Shown in pieces: positions 51,444 to 61,459 of a stretch of 64,000 bases of DNA. This DNA comes from an uncultured Methanomassiliicoccales archaeon. Lineage in GTDB: Archaea; Thermoplasmatota; Thermoplasmata; Methanomassiliicoccales; UBA472. The position numbers and the translations under genes are program-made. Location: the NCBI GenBank assembly GCA_963695345.1, contig OY968769.1:1088001-1152000 (forward strand), read 5' to 3'. Numbering within the stretch: the stretch's first letter is position 1; each line of letters opens with the position of its first letter. The notes below the pieces were generated by a model. That model saw only the letters and a list, made by a program, of their open reading frames with translations. It searched no databases and was not told the DNA's origin.

Positions 51444-53036
51444 TCACAGGTCGTTCCCAGCATAGGAGAGGCTGAGGCTCTTGTTCACGAGACGGGAAGT
51501 CCGGGACGATGTCTCCCAGGACCGCGAACTCTATCGCCAGCCAATTGCTGAACGAGGGGTCCCTGACCTTATGGCGGAAGGGTGCCCCTTGCCCGGCCAT
51601 GATCCAGTGCATCGCTTCGCCGCGCGGAGCCTCGACCAGGCCCATACCTACCTTCTTCTCCGGGACCTCGCCAATATTGACCGCGATATCGGACGCCTTT
51701 CATCGTGTCCAGCGCCTGCTCGATTATGCTCACCGACTCGTATGATCTCATCGATCCTGACCTTTGTCCTGGCCAGTATGTCCCCTTCCCGATAGACCGG
51801 CACGGTGAAGCTCAGGCGCTTGTAGGCCGCGTAGGGATGGTCGCGCCTTACGTCCCGGTCGACGCCGCTCCCCCGGGCGGCTGGGCCCGACCAGGTCCAT
51901 GTTCTTGGCGATGTCGTACGATATGGTGCCGGTGACCTCGATCCGGTCCATCAGGGAGGGCATGTCGGAGATCATCTCCGACCCATTCAGTACAGTTCCA
52001 GCTTCGTCTTGACCAGGGTGGACTCGATCTTGACCGCCTGTCCTTGGTGATGTCCTTACGAACCCCGCCCAGCGTGTTGACCGAACGGAGGAAACGGCTC
52101 CCGGTCAGCCAGATCGTTCAGGTCCATCATGCGCTCCTTGAGAATGTAGGCCTGTTGCGCTCCGACATTGAACGCGGTGTCCAGCGCGATCCCTCCCAGG
52201 TCCCCGAGATGGTTGTAGATGCGCTCCATTTCCAGAAGGCGGTCCTGATGTTCTCCGCCCTCTCGGGCACCTGGACGTCGGCGATCGATTCCAGTGCCTG
52301 ACAGTATGCGGTGGAATGGGCAAAACCGTTGTCCCCGGAAATCCGCTCGGCCAGGAAGACACCCCGGTGGTAGGAGGTCGATTCGGACAGTTTCTCCACG
52401 CCCCGATGGACGTAACCCATCCGTATCTCGAGATTGATGATCGGCTCGCCGGCCACGCTGAAACGGAAATGACCAGGTTCGATGACGCCGGCATGGACCG
52501 GACCGACCGGGATCACGAACACCCCCTCACCCTCGACCGGACGATAGGGGTAATCGGTCTTGATCCGCTCCACCTTGGATTCGATGTCGAAGTCCTTGCG
52601 GAGCGGATAATATCCAAGTGGCCAGTCGTCCCAGAGGACCAGCGGCCTGGGGTCCGGATGCCCCACGGCGGTTATCCCGAACATGTCCATGATCTCCCGC
52701 TCATACCAGTAGGCGGCGAAGACCTCGGAGGTCAGTGTCCGGTAGGCGGGAAGCGATTCGTCGATCTTCGTCGCCAGGGTCAGGAACAGGTCCTTCCTGG
52801 GCAAGGGAGAAGATGGTGTAGAGGCAGAAGCATGAGGTGTACTCCCTCTCATCGGTGGCATGCTGCGAGATGAGGGTCACGTGGTAGCGCCGGTTCAGAT
52901 GGGCCACCATGTCGGGGAGTGAGTCCTTGTTCACGTCGATGCGCAGGTTCTTGCCTTCGAAAGAAGTGGAAGACACCCCGATGGCCACGTTCGGCGGGAG
53001 GTCCTCGAGTATCTCCGTCAGGTACTCTTCGCTCAT
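51444..53036 (-). CDS. hyfG: Hyf/Ehr large subunit (NuoCD/HyfG-like) lacking Ni-binding cysteines, multiple frameshifts
   Basis: WYEREI.DMFG, GPVHAGVIEPGHFRF, GYVHRGVEK, ERISGD (no RxCxxC), VEAPRG, and reconstructed C-terminus PDFPLVNKSLSLSYAGNDL (no DPCxxC). Confidence 0.82.
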
Positions 53037-54513
53037 GGGAACACCTCGGCCGACACCCCGAACAGATCCGCGATATTGACCAGCAGGTCATTCAGCTGGG
53101 ATCGGGATGAACACGCCCATCACCAGTATCATGACCAGCAGTACTCCCATGGGCAGGAACCTGGAACGTTCCATCTCACCTTTGGTCACCCCTTCCGTCG
53201 GCTCGCCGAACATCATCTTGCTCACATGGTACATGAAAGCCGCGAATATCACCGAAAGCAGCAGGATGTAGATGCCGACGGCGAGATAGTTCGTCGCAGC
53301 CAGTCCGCCGGTCAGTATGGTCACCTCTGACAGGAATATGCTGAACGGAGGAGACCCGGTGATCGCCAGCGCTCCGGCGATGAACAGTATGGCGGTCATC
53401 GGGCATCAACGTCGAGACGCCCCTGATCCCGATTTATCTCCCTGGTCTTGAACTTCTGCAGCAGGTTGCCGGCCCCAAAGAACAGCAGGCATTTGGTGAG
53501 GGCATGGTTCAGCATGTGCAACAGCGCCCCGAAGATGCCCAGGAATCCCCCGATCCCGAAACCGAAGGCGATTATGCCCATGTGCTCTATGGAGGAATAG
53601 GCGAGAAGCCGCTTGAAATCCCTGGCCATGATGATGAAGGCCGCCGCCACGGCCATGGACACCAGCCCGAATATCAGCAGGAGCGTGGACGAGAACCCAG
53701 GAACCGTGATCGAAGTTATCAGGTGGAACCGCAGGATGCCGTACATGGCGCAGTTCAGGAGCACGCCCGGACAGCAGCGCGCTGACCGGGGTCGGGGCCT
53801 GGGAATGGGCGTCGGGAAGCCAGGTGTGCATCGGCGCCAGACCCACCTTGGTGCCGTAACCGACCATGATCAGGATGAAGGATATCTTGAGGAGCGTGGG
53901 GTCCAGGTCGGCGGCGTGCGTCATCAGGGTGGACCAGTTGAGCGCGTCGGACGATTCGCCCAGCGCCGGGATCGACGAGGCGTAGGCCAGGATCGTGCCG
54001 AACAGTGCCAGGGTGATGCCCACGGAGCAGATGATGAGGTACTTCCAGGCCGCCTCGACGGCGGTGTCGTTCTCCGTGAAACCGACCAGGAATGCGGAGG
54101 CGAGCGTGGTCGCCTCGATGGCGATCCACATGATGCCCAGGTTGTTGCTGACCACCACCATCAGCATCGTGAACATGAAGATGTGGAACAGGATGTAGTA
54201 GTACTCTGGCCCGGTCCACCTTCAGCTCCTTCTCCTTGAGCTCATGGCCGATGTACGGGATCGAGTAGATGGCGGCCATCATGCCGATGAAGGTGATGAT
54301 GAAGAGCATGTATGCGCTCAGCGAATCCACGTACCAGACGCCGTATCCCAATGTCACCGTTGGTCATCACATCATAGACTACGATAGACCGCAACGGCGA
54401 ACAGGGCGACGATCCCCGCCGTGGAGACCAGCTCCATCTGCCGACGGGACCTGGTGAAGTACAGCAGTAAAGCCGTGATGATGGGGATGGCTATCATCGA
54501 GTTCCAGGATCAT
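53033..54513 (-). CDS. hyfF: Hyf/Ehr antiporter-like membrane subunit, multiple frameshifts
   Basis: WIAIEATTLAS, EAAWKY, GYGTKVGLAPMHTWLPDAHSQAP, KRLLAYSSIEHMG, G.PPF..F.SE across fragments. Confidence 0.82.
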
Positions 54514-55174
54514 CAGTCCCTCAGCCTCCGCATGAAAGTGGTGTCAACCGTCTCGAAGGTATGATTGATCTTGAAAGCGAAGATGCCCATGATGATCGCC
54601 GCCACCAGCACGTCGAAGAATATGCCTATCTCGACGATCATCGGCATACCGTAGGTGAGAGAGATCGCCGCCAGGAACAGGCCGTTCTCCATCATCAGGA
54701 GTCCGACGATCTCGGTCATGGCCTTGCGCCGGGCGATGATGACGAAGAAGCCGATCAGTACCACCGCCAAGGAGATGGCCAGGCAGTTCTTGGTGATCAC
54801 AGCTTCCCTGGGCGATGATGGGCGAGGTTATGTAATAGGCGACGAAGGTCAGCGCTCCGCAGATCAGGAGCGACCCGGGTATGCTGACCAGCGGCTCGAC
54901 CTCCTTCTTGACCTTGATGCGGTCCACTGTGTAGATCCAGGAACCGGGGGATGACGATCACCTTCAGCACGATGGTCAGTATGGCGACGATGTAGATATG
55001 GTCCGCCTGGGTGTAATAGGCCACCGCCGCGGCCAGAAGACCCAAGGCCAAGGAGCCGAGCGTATAGGCCCGGATTATCTGGTGCATCCTGACGCCTGCT
55101 ACCAGAACGAACGCGAACAGCAGGATCAGGGCCGCCAGCCCGTTGATCACATCGGTCAGGAGTACGTCGCTCAT
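54513..55174 (-). CDS. hyfE: Hyf/Ehr membrane subunit E, two frameshifts
   Basis: LKVIVIP, RRKA....VG.L.MENG, P.IVE.GIFFD. Confidence 0.82.
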
Positions 55175-55184
55175 CTTGGTCGCC

Positions 55185-56135
55185 TCATAGGATGTAGAAT
55201 GACATCACCGCCAGCAGGGCCAGCGTGAACGATACGGTCAACAGGTTGGGCAGTCGGAACAGCCGCAGCTTGGATATCGATGATTCGATGACCGCGATGA
55301 TCAAGGCCAGGAACAGCACCTTGACCAGGATGGCGACGAGACCCGACCCCGATGCTGAGCAACCGATAGGTCGTTGGCGATCCCCCACGGGAAGAACACG
55401 TTGGACAGGATCGTGAAGTACAGGACCAGCCGGGTCATGCTGGACAATTCCATCAGACCCAGCTTCTTGCCGGAATACTCCAGGATCATGGCCTCGTGGA
55501 TCATGGTGAGCTCAAGGTGGGTGGTCGGGTTGTCGACCGGCACCCGGGCGTTCTCGGCAATGGTCGAGATGAGGAAGGCGGCGGAGGCCAGGAACAGTGC
55601 CGGGCGCACCAGGTCGATACCCGAGACGGAAAGGGCGCTGGCGATCGAACCCAGACTGGTCGTGCCAGTGATGAGGCCCATGGCGAAGATCGAGAGCAGC
55701 ATCGTCGGTTCGACGATCGACGATACCATCATCTCCCTGCTGGAGCCCATCCCTCCGAAGGCGCTGCCGGCGTCCAGTGCGGCCAGTGCGGTGAAGAACC
55801 GCACCATGCCCAGAAGGTAGACCACCACGATGAGGTCGCCGACGAAGCCGAGCGTCCGAGTGACGAACACCGGAACGAGGAGCGCGGCGATCAGCACAAC
55901 GGCCATGGAGATGTACGGAGTGATCGAGAATATCCAGGAGGTCTCCCTGGAGACGACCGAATCCTTGTGGAAGTACTTGGCGATGTCACGGTAGGGCTGG
56001 AAGATGCTGGCCCCCCGCCTTTGCTGCGCATAGGCCTTGATCTTCCGGATGATGCCGGTGACCAGCGGGGCTATGGCGAGCAGGAGCAATGACCTGCAGA
56101 ACGCTCAGCACGATATCGATGTAGATCTGGTCCAT
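55185..56135 (-). CDS. hyfC: Hyf/Ehr membrane subunit C (NuoH-like), frameshifted
   Basis: R.G.SIFQPYRD, D.GSAFGGMGSSRE, EN.R.PVDNP.THLELTMIHEAMILEYSG, KLRLFR.P. Confidence 0.85.
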
Positions 56136-56139
56136 CACA

Positions 56140-58167
56140 TCACCTGAATATTATCAGCAGGAACACCAGCGTGGCGAAGATGTAGGCCAGATAGGCCTGT
56201 ATGCTGCCCGCCTGGATCCTAGTGACCCTGCGCGCCATGGACGACCATGAGGGCCACCATTGGCTGGTACAGGTACTTCTCGAAGACTGGCACGACCACG
56301 AAGGCGTAGGATACCTTCTTTTTCACATATGGGGAGGATGTCGATTCGGTCCTGACCTCCGGTTTGGGCCGGTAGATGTAGCTGAACACCCGCACCAGGG
56401 GGTTGGAGTAGGCGGTTCCGGTGTACTGGTTGTGCGCCGTCAGCGGGGTGCCGCAATCCCATGTGTCCTCGATCACGGTCTTGCGCTTCGCCACCATACC
56501 GCCTGGAGATAACAATGACCAGGGGGACCATGACGGCGATGAGGATGGCCAATACGAACGGGGACATGGTCGAGAACTGGTCGTTCGTGGGGCTGATGAC
56601 GAAGCCGTTAACGATGGAGGAGGCTGCCGATACCCCTACCAGCGGAGTGGTCACCTGATCCACGTAGGGTATGATCGCGAAGGACATCACGCCGGTGACG
56701 ATGCAGAGGAAGGCAGCGATCCCGGAACCCACCAGCATGGTCCTGGGAACCTCCTTGGCGTGTTCGGCTTGCTCACTTCTGGGTTTGGCCAGGAAGACGA
56801 TCCCGAACAGTCTGACAAAACAGACCGCCGCCAAGGCACCGGTCAGTGCCAATATCGCTATCGCCACCGGAAGCAGGATCTTGACCGTCATGTCCGGGAT
56901 CTGGAACGACTGAAGGAGCGACTGGAAGATCAGCCATTCGCTGACGAACCCGTTGAACGGAGGGATGGCGGCGATGGACAGGGCACCGATGAAGAATATT
57001 ATCCCGGTCCACTTCATTCTCTTGGCCAGCCCACCAAGCTTCTCCATGTCCTTGGTGTGGGTTGCGAAAAGAATGGAACCGGCCCCCATGAACAGGGCTC
57101 CCTTGAAGAGCGCGTGGTTCATCACATGCAGCAGGGTGGCGATGAGCGCGAGTCCGGCCAGCGAATTCAGCTGGTATGACTGGAATACCATGGCGGCGCC
57201 GAGTCCGATGAGGATTATGCCCACGTTCTCCACCGTGGAGTAGGCGAGGACCCTCTTGATGTCCGTCTCCATCAGGGCGTACATCACCCCCAGCAGGGCT
57301 GAGATGGAGGCGACGAGCAGGACAAGCAGGCCCCACCAGGTGTCAGTGACGCCGAGGAAATCGAAGAAAGTCCGTATCATCATGAATATGGCGGTCTTGA
57401 CCATCACACCAGACATGAGCGCGGAGATGTTCGAGGGGGCGGCCGGATGGGCGTAGGGCAGCCACACGTGCAACGGGATGATCCCGGCCTTGGTGCCGAA
57501 GCCGATGAAAAGCAACACGAAGAGCGTGCTCTTGAGCGCGCTGGGCATCAACGCCCCGACACCCGAGTAAGCAGAGAAATCGAACGAATGGTCTTGGGTG
57601 AATAGTCCCATCATGATGAGCGCCACCATGATCAGGGCCGTACCTAGGTGGGTCATGACCACGTAGAGGAGGCCGGAGGACGCGATCCCTTCCTTGCGGT
57701 TCTCGTACACTACGAGGAGATACGAGGTCAGAGACATCGCCTCCCAAACGATCAGGAAGAAGATGGCGTTGCTCGCCGAGACCACGAAGGTCATGGAGAG
57801 CAGGAACAGATTGAACAGCAGCCCCAGCAGGCCGATGCTGTACTTACCGTCGTATTCCTTGGAGTAGCCGATCGAATAGATCGATACCGCGAACGAAACA
57901 ATGGAGATGACCAGGAGGAAGAAGGCGCTCAATCGGTCCAGGGCGAAATCCGAAATGTCCGAACGGGGTGTCGAACGGCAACTGGATGCTCATCGGCGAA
58001 CCGGTTAGCACCAGGATCGAGACGATCGTCCCGAGGAGGGAGGATAGAGCGGCAGCACCGAATGAGGCTATTGCACATTTCCTCTCCCATTTCCTAAGGA
58101 GAACGGCGCATATCGCACCAATAGTGCCGGTTACAATGAGGAGAATGAAGAACAGATCAGCTTCCAA
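56140..58167 (-). CDS. hyfB: Hyf/Ehr antiporter-like membrane subunit B, three frameshifts
   Basis: GFGTKAG..PLHVWLP.AHP.APS..SALMSG, KR.LAYSTVENVG, NHALFK, PPFNGFVSEW, WDCG, Q.GS...YL.Y. TTG start with GGGAGG. Confidence 0.85.
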
Positions 58168-58382
58168 AGGATGCCTCCCGCCCTTCTCTCAGCATCTCTT
58201 TCGGCGTATCCATCGTCCCAATTATGTTCGCACTCGTTGTGAAGACCTTCTGTGTTTTTTAGGCAAAATCAATACTGACCTTTAACCTTTCGTTGCTAAA
58301 TCACCTCGTGCCAACAGATCGACCCGACGATCAGATATCCAGGCCGCGGGTCACTCCCAGCCTTTTCCGGAGGCGAAGAACC

Positions 58383-59228
58383 TCATCGCCATACCGAGCG
58401 CCAGAACCGATATTGTTTCCCGTGCAGATTGCGCAGCAGAACATGAACCAGGGCGGTGGACACAACCCAGGCCAGGAGCGAGGATGTTTCCACCGGGCCC
58501 CAGCCCCAGAATCCCCTCATCCTATCACATAGTATGCCCAGACCGCCCCTATCGCAATGCCGAGGGTCAGGAGAAGCCATGCCGGCCTGGCCCAGAAGAG
58601 CCCGATCTCGGTCCAGCCCTCGTCCTTGCCCAACTGGTGGGAGAGGGCAGCGGCGAACACCATCATGAGCAAAGCATAGGCCGCGAAGACGAGAATCGGA
58701 TGAACGGCCATCTCCGGAGTCTGCAACGACAGGACCATCCCCTGGCCCTCAGGATACAGGGACACCAAGGACGGATCGCTCGGTGCGAATATGTTTCACG
58801 GTCAGGAGCACGATGGCGAATATGGCGGTGACTGTGATGGCGACCGTCCTCAACCTGATGCTGAAGTCAGCACGGTCTGAGTTCGCCCTTCGTTCTCGGT
58901 AGAGTTCCAGAACGATCACCAACGACATAAGCCAAGTGAGCAGCATGAACGACCTTTGCAGGCCAGACCAGATCCCCGACGGCTTGTAGACCACTTCGAG
59001 GTCGACAGATGAGTTGGACCAGACATAGGCAGGGCAGGTGTCGGTCACCAGGAACGCGTAGATGAGGTACAGCATAGAAAGGGTGAACATGACGAAAGAT
59101 AGGACCAGGGTAAGGTCGAATATCTTCGAAAGTCGGTCCGCCTTCCTATGGAGTATGACGAATCCGCATAGACCCGAAACGACCATCGATGCCGCTCCCA
59201 AGATAAGTAACAAATCTCCAGGTCCCAA
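58383..59228 (-). pseudogene. ccmF: Cytochrome c biogenesis heme lyase CcmF relic
   Basis: YVWSNS....YK.S.IW.G...S..L..W, HP...F.AYA, LT.GI..GA.WAY..G*(TGA for Trp)..FW.W(G)PVETSSL..W....A..H. Nonsense codon, frameshifts and C-terminal truncation. Confidence 0.8.
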
Positions 59229-59267
59229 TGCTTCACCGCCAGTGACTAGATTTCACCAACTATCAAA

Positions 59268-60560
59268 TCATCCTTCCCCCGCTTTGACGTCGGACAGTAC
59301 CTTGATGTTCGGCCGGCGCCAGAGCGCAAGATATGCCGAAAAGGAGACCAAAAGCACAAGGGAACCGATGAACCAGGCGACCTCGATCGAGAACAGGCCG
59401 GAGATCAGGCCCAGGGCGACTGATGCCATCACCCCGCCCAACTGAGTGACCAACGAATCGAAGGACATCAGGGTGGAGCGCTTCTCGGAGGGTATTCCAG
59501 AGTTGAAGACTGCCGCGTGTGGAGAGCCCATCATCCCGATCAGCATATAGACAGTGAAATAGAACGCAACGAAACCGATGACCGTGTCCTGGATTGCCAG
59601 GATGGAGATGGAGACCGATATCCCGGCGGCTCCTGCCAAAAGGGTGAGATAGAGGTTGCCCTTGAAAATGTCCGCTACCTTGCCCGAGAGGGCACTGCCC
59701 ACAGACGCCATGGCGAAGTACCCGGCGGCGACCACTCCGAAGATCCAGGATTGGGAATCGGACCCGATGATGCCCTTGAGCTGCGGTTGCCAGAGGAGCT
59801 CCAGACTGAACAGCGCAAAACCGAGTGCAAGTGAGGCTATGAGGAGAAGGCGTGTGTTCCGGTGGCGGATCCCGAACTCCAACGCATCGCGCAGGACCAT
59901 CGGAACATCCTTGAATCCCTGGACCACACCCTTCCGGCCCTCCATGCCGCGATTCTCATTGATTAGGACAGACGTGAGCAGGAACTGGAACACTGACAGG
60001 ATCATCATGGCTATGATGTTCGCCGAGTACCTCCCCATCCCTGTGAGGGCGGCAGCCGAGTCTCCGAGCACCGTGGGAATGAGCCCTCCGACCAGGGCAC
60101 CCAAGGCCAGACCGATCGGGATGAAGACGTTGGCTGTGCCGAGCGCCTTCTGCAGATTGCCGCCGGGATGTTCCCGATTGAACTCGTCCACGAACCAGGC
60201 GTCCATGGAACCGGAGGAGAGGGCCCGGGCAACGCCATAGACGATGAACCCAGTGGAAAAGAACAGGAAGTCCTGACCGACGAGGATGAGCGCCAGCGCC
60301 ATCATGGAAACGCAAAGCGACGCCAGGTACACCTTCTTCCGTCCGATCGCGTCGGCCAGCCCGCCGGTGGGCAGTTCGAGCACGATGACCGTGCCGGAAT
60401 AGAGGGCCAGCACCGTCCCCACCTCGATCAGTCCCAATCCCTTGTCCAGAAGGAGAAGGACCATCACTGGGGTGAACATGCCGGGAATGAACCAGTGCAC
60501 GGTCTGGTTTGTGATGTACCTCAGAAGGAGCCGGTCGATCAATGTGAGCGCCTCGTCCAC
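59268..60560 (-). CDS. MFS transporter
   Basis: ELPTG.LAD.IGRK, AL.SG..DA and RST..SF.S motifs; about 12 TM helices; intact. Confidence 0.88.
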   Translation of the reverse strand: MDEALTLIDRLLLRYITNQTVHWFIPGMFTPVMVLLLLDKGLGLIEVGTVLALYSGTVIVLELPTGGLADAIGRKKVYLASLCVSMMALALILVGQDFLFFSTGFIVYGVARALSSGSMDAWFVDEFNREHPGGNLQKALGTANVFIPIGLALGALVGGLIPTVLGDSAAALTGMGRYSANIIAMMILSVFQFLLTSVLINENRGMEGRKGVVQGFKDVPMVLRDALEFGIRHRNTRLLLIASLALGFALFSLELLWQPQLKGIIGSDSQSWIFGVVAAGYFAMASVGSALSGKVADIFKGNLYLTLLAGAAGISVSISILAIQDTVIGFVAFYFTVYMLIGMMGSPHAAVFNSGIPSEKRSTLMSFDSLVTQLGGVMASVALGLISGLFSIEVAWFIGSLVLLVSFSAYLALWRRPNIKVLSDVKAGEG

Positions 60561-60606
60561 GTGATATTTACCGAAACCCTTGGTGACCTGATAAGACTAG
60601 TGACGG

Positions 60607-60930
60607 TCAATACTTGGAGGTGCAGCCCATGGTGACCTCATCGGCATGCAGCGTCACCGGCAACCCGGCCGTTACCACTCCCTTGACCACGACGCTCTTG
60701 CCGTTCTCAAACCCTGACGGCAAGGTCCCGGTCATGATCACGATCATGGTGTCGTTGAGGTTCATCCTGTCGGTCAAGGTGAAGTTACCGGTTCCGAACC
60801 AGTTGTTGACATTTCTTTGGACTTCCAGGTATTCTCCGATATAATGGGATGTCCCGGCCCCGATGGCGGTTGAGTCCGACGTCACGGATGTCACCTCGAG
60901 GAAGTTCTTACCGGTCGTGTCCCAGCCCCG
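60607..60930 (-). pseudogene. ccmE: Heme chaperone CcmE relic (CxxxY type), N-terminal anchor missing
   Basis: F.LTD, G.LP..F..G..VVV.G, A.EV..GCTSKY C-terminus. The frame reads back through GWDTTGKNFLEV to ~60930, with no TM anchor. Confidence 0.7.
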
Positions 60931-61440
60931 GCCGCTGGTATCGTCGGGGCGTTCCTGGGATTGATCTTATTGTTCGTTTCGGGCTTTACGGGATACGGCT
61001 CAGGAGATGCTAGTGTCATCCTTACGGATCCGATTGTCCGAAACAAGGTGATGTTCACGTTCTTCGCAACCGTCCTCTGGGGTACCGTAGTGGTGATCAG
61101 ACTAGCCTTCAAACGGTAACTATGGACCTCGTTCGAGATTTCTGGATTATATACGTTGCTTGCCCTGGGAGCGTACGGGCTCATCGCTCTGATAGGTTCG
61201 ATGGGGGCACACCTCACTCAGGGAGAGAGCACGATCGACCCGTTACTGAACGCGATAGGCGTCGATTACACCAAGTTCTTCTTGCTGGATGCTAACCTGG
61301 CCATGGTGATTTCGATTTTCAGCCTGGCACTTATCGTGATCTGCATCTTCCTATCGGCAAGGATGAGATTGCTGAAGGTCCGAATAGCGAAGGAAGGCTC
61401 CAGGTGGACCCTGCCCCGGATCAACGAACCAAAGCAGTGA
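60931..61440 (+). pseudogene. 5'-truncated membrane protein with internal TAA (61117-61119)
   Basis: One hydrophobic frame AAGIVGAFLG...GFTGY...RNKVMF...KR*LW...GSMGAHLTQGES... with no start of its own. Confidence 0.6.
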
Positions 61441-61459
61441 TCGAACCATTCCCCTTCCA

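Noticed and set aside
51444-53036. Functional [NiFe] hydrogenase or formate hydrogenlyase
   Set aside because: Both Ni-ligating CxxC motifs are absent, and no fdh or maturation genes are adjacent.
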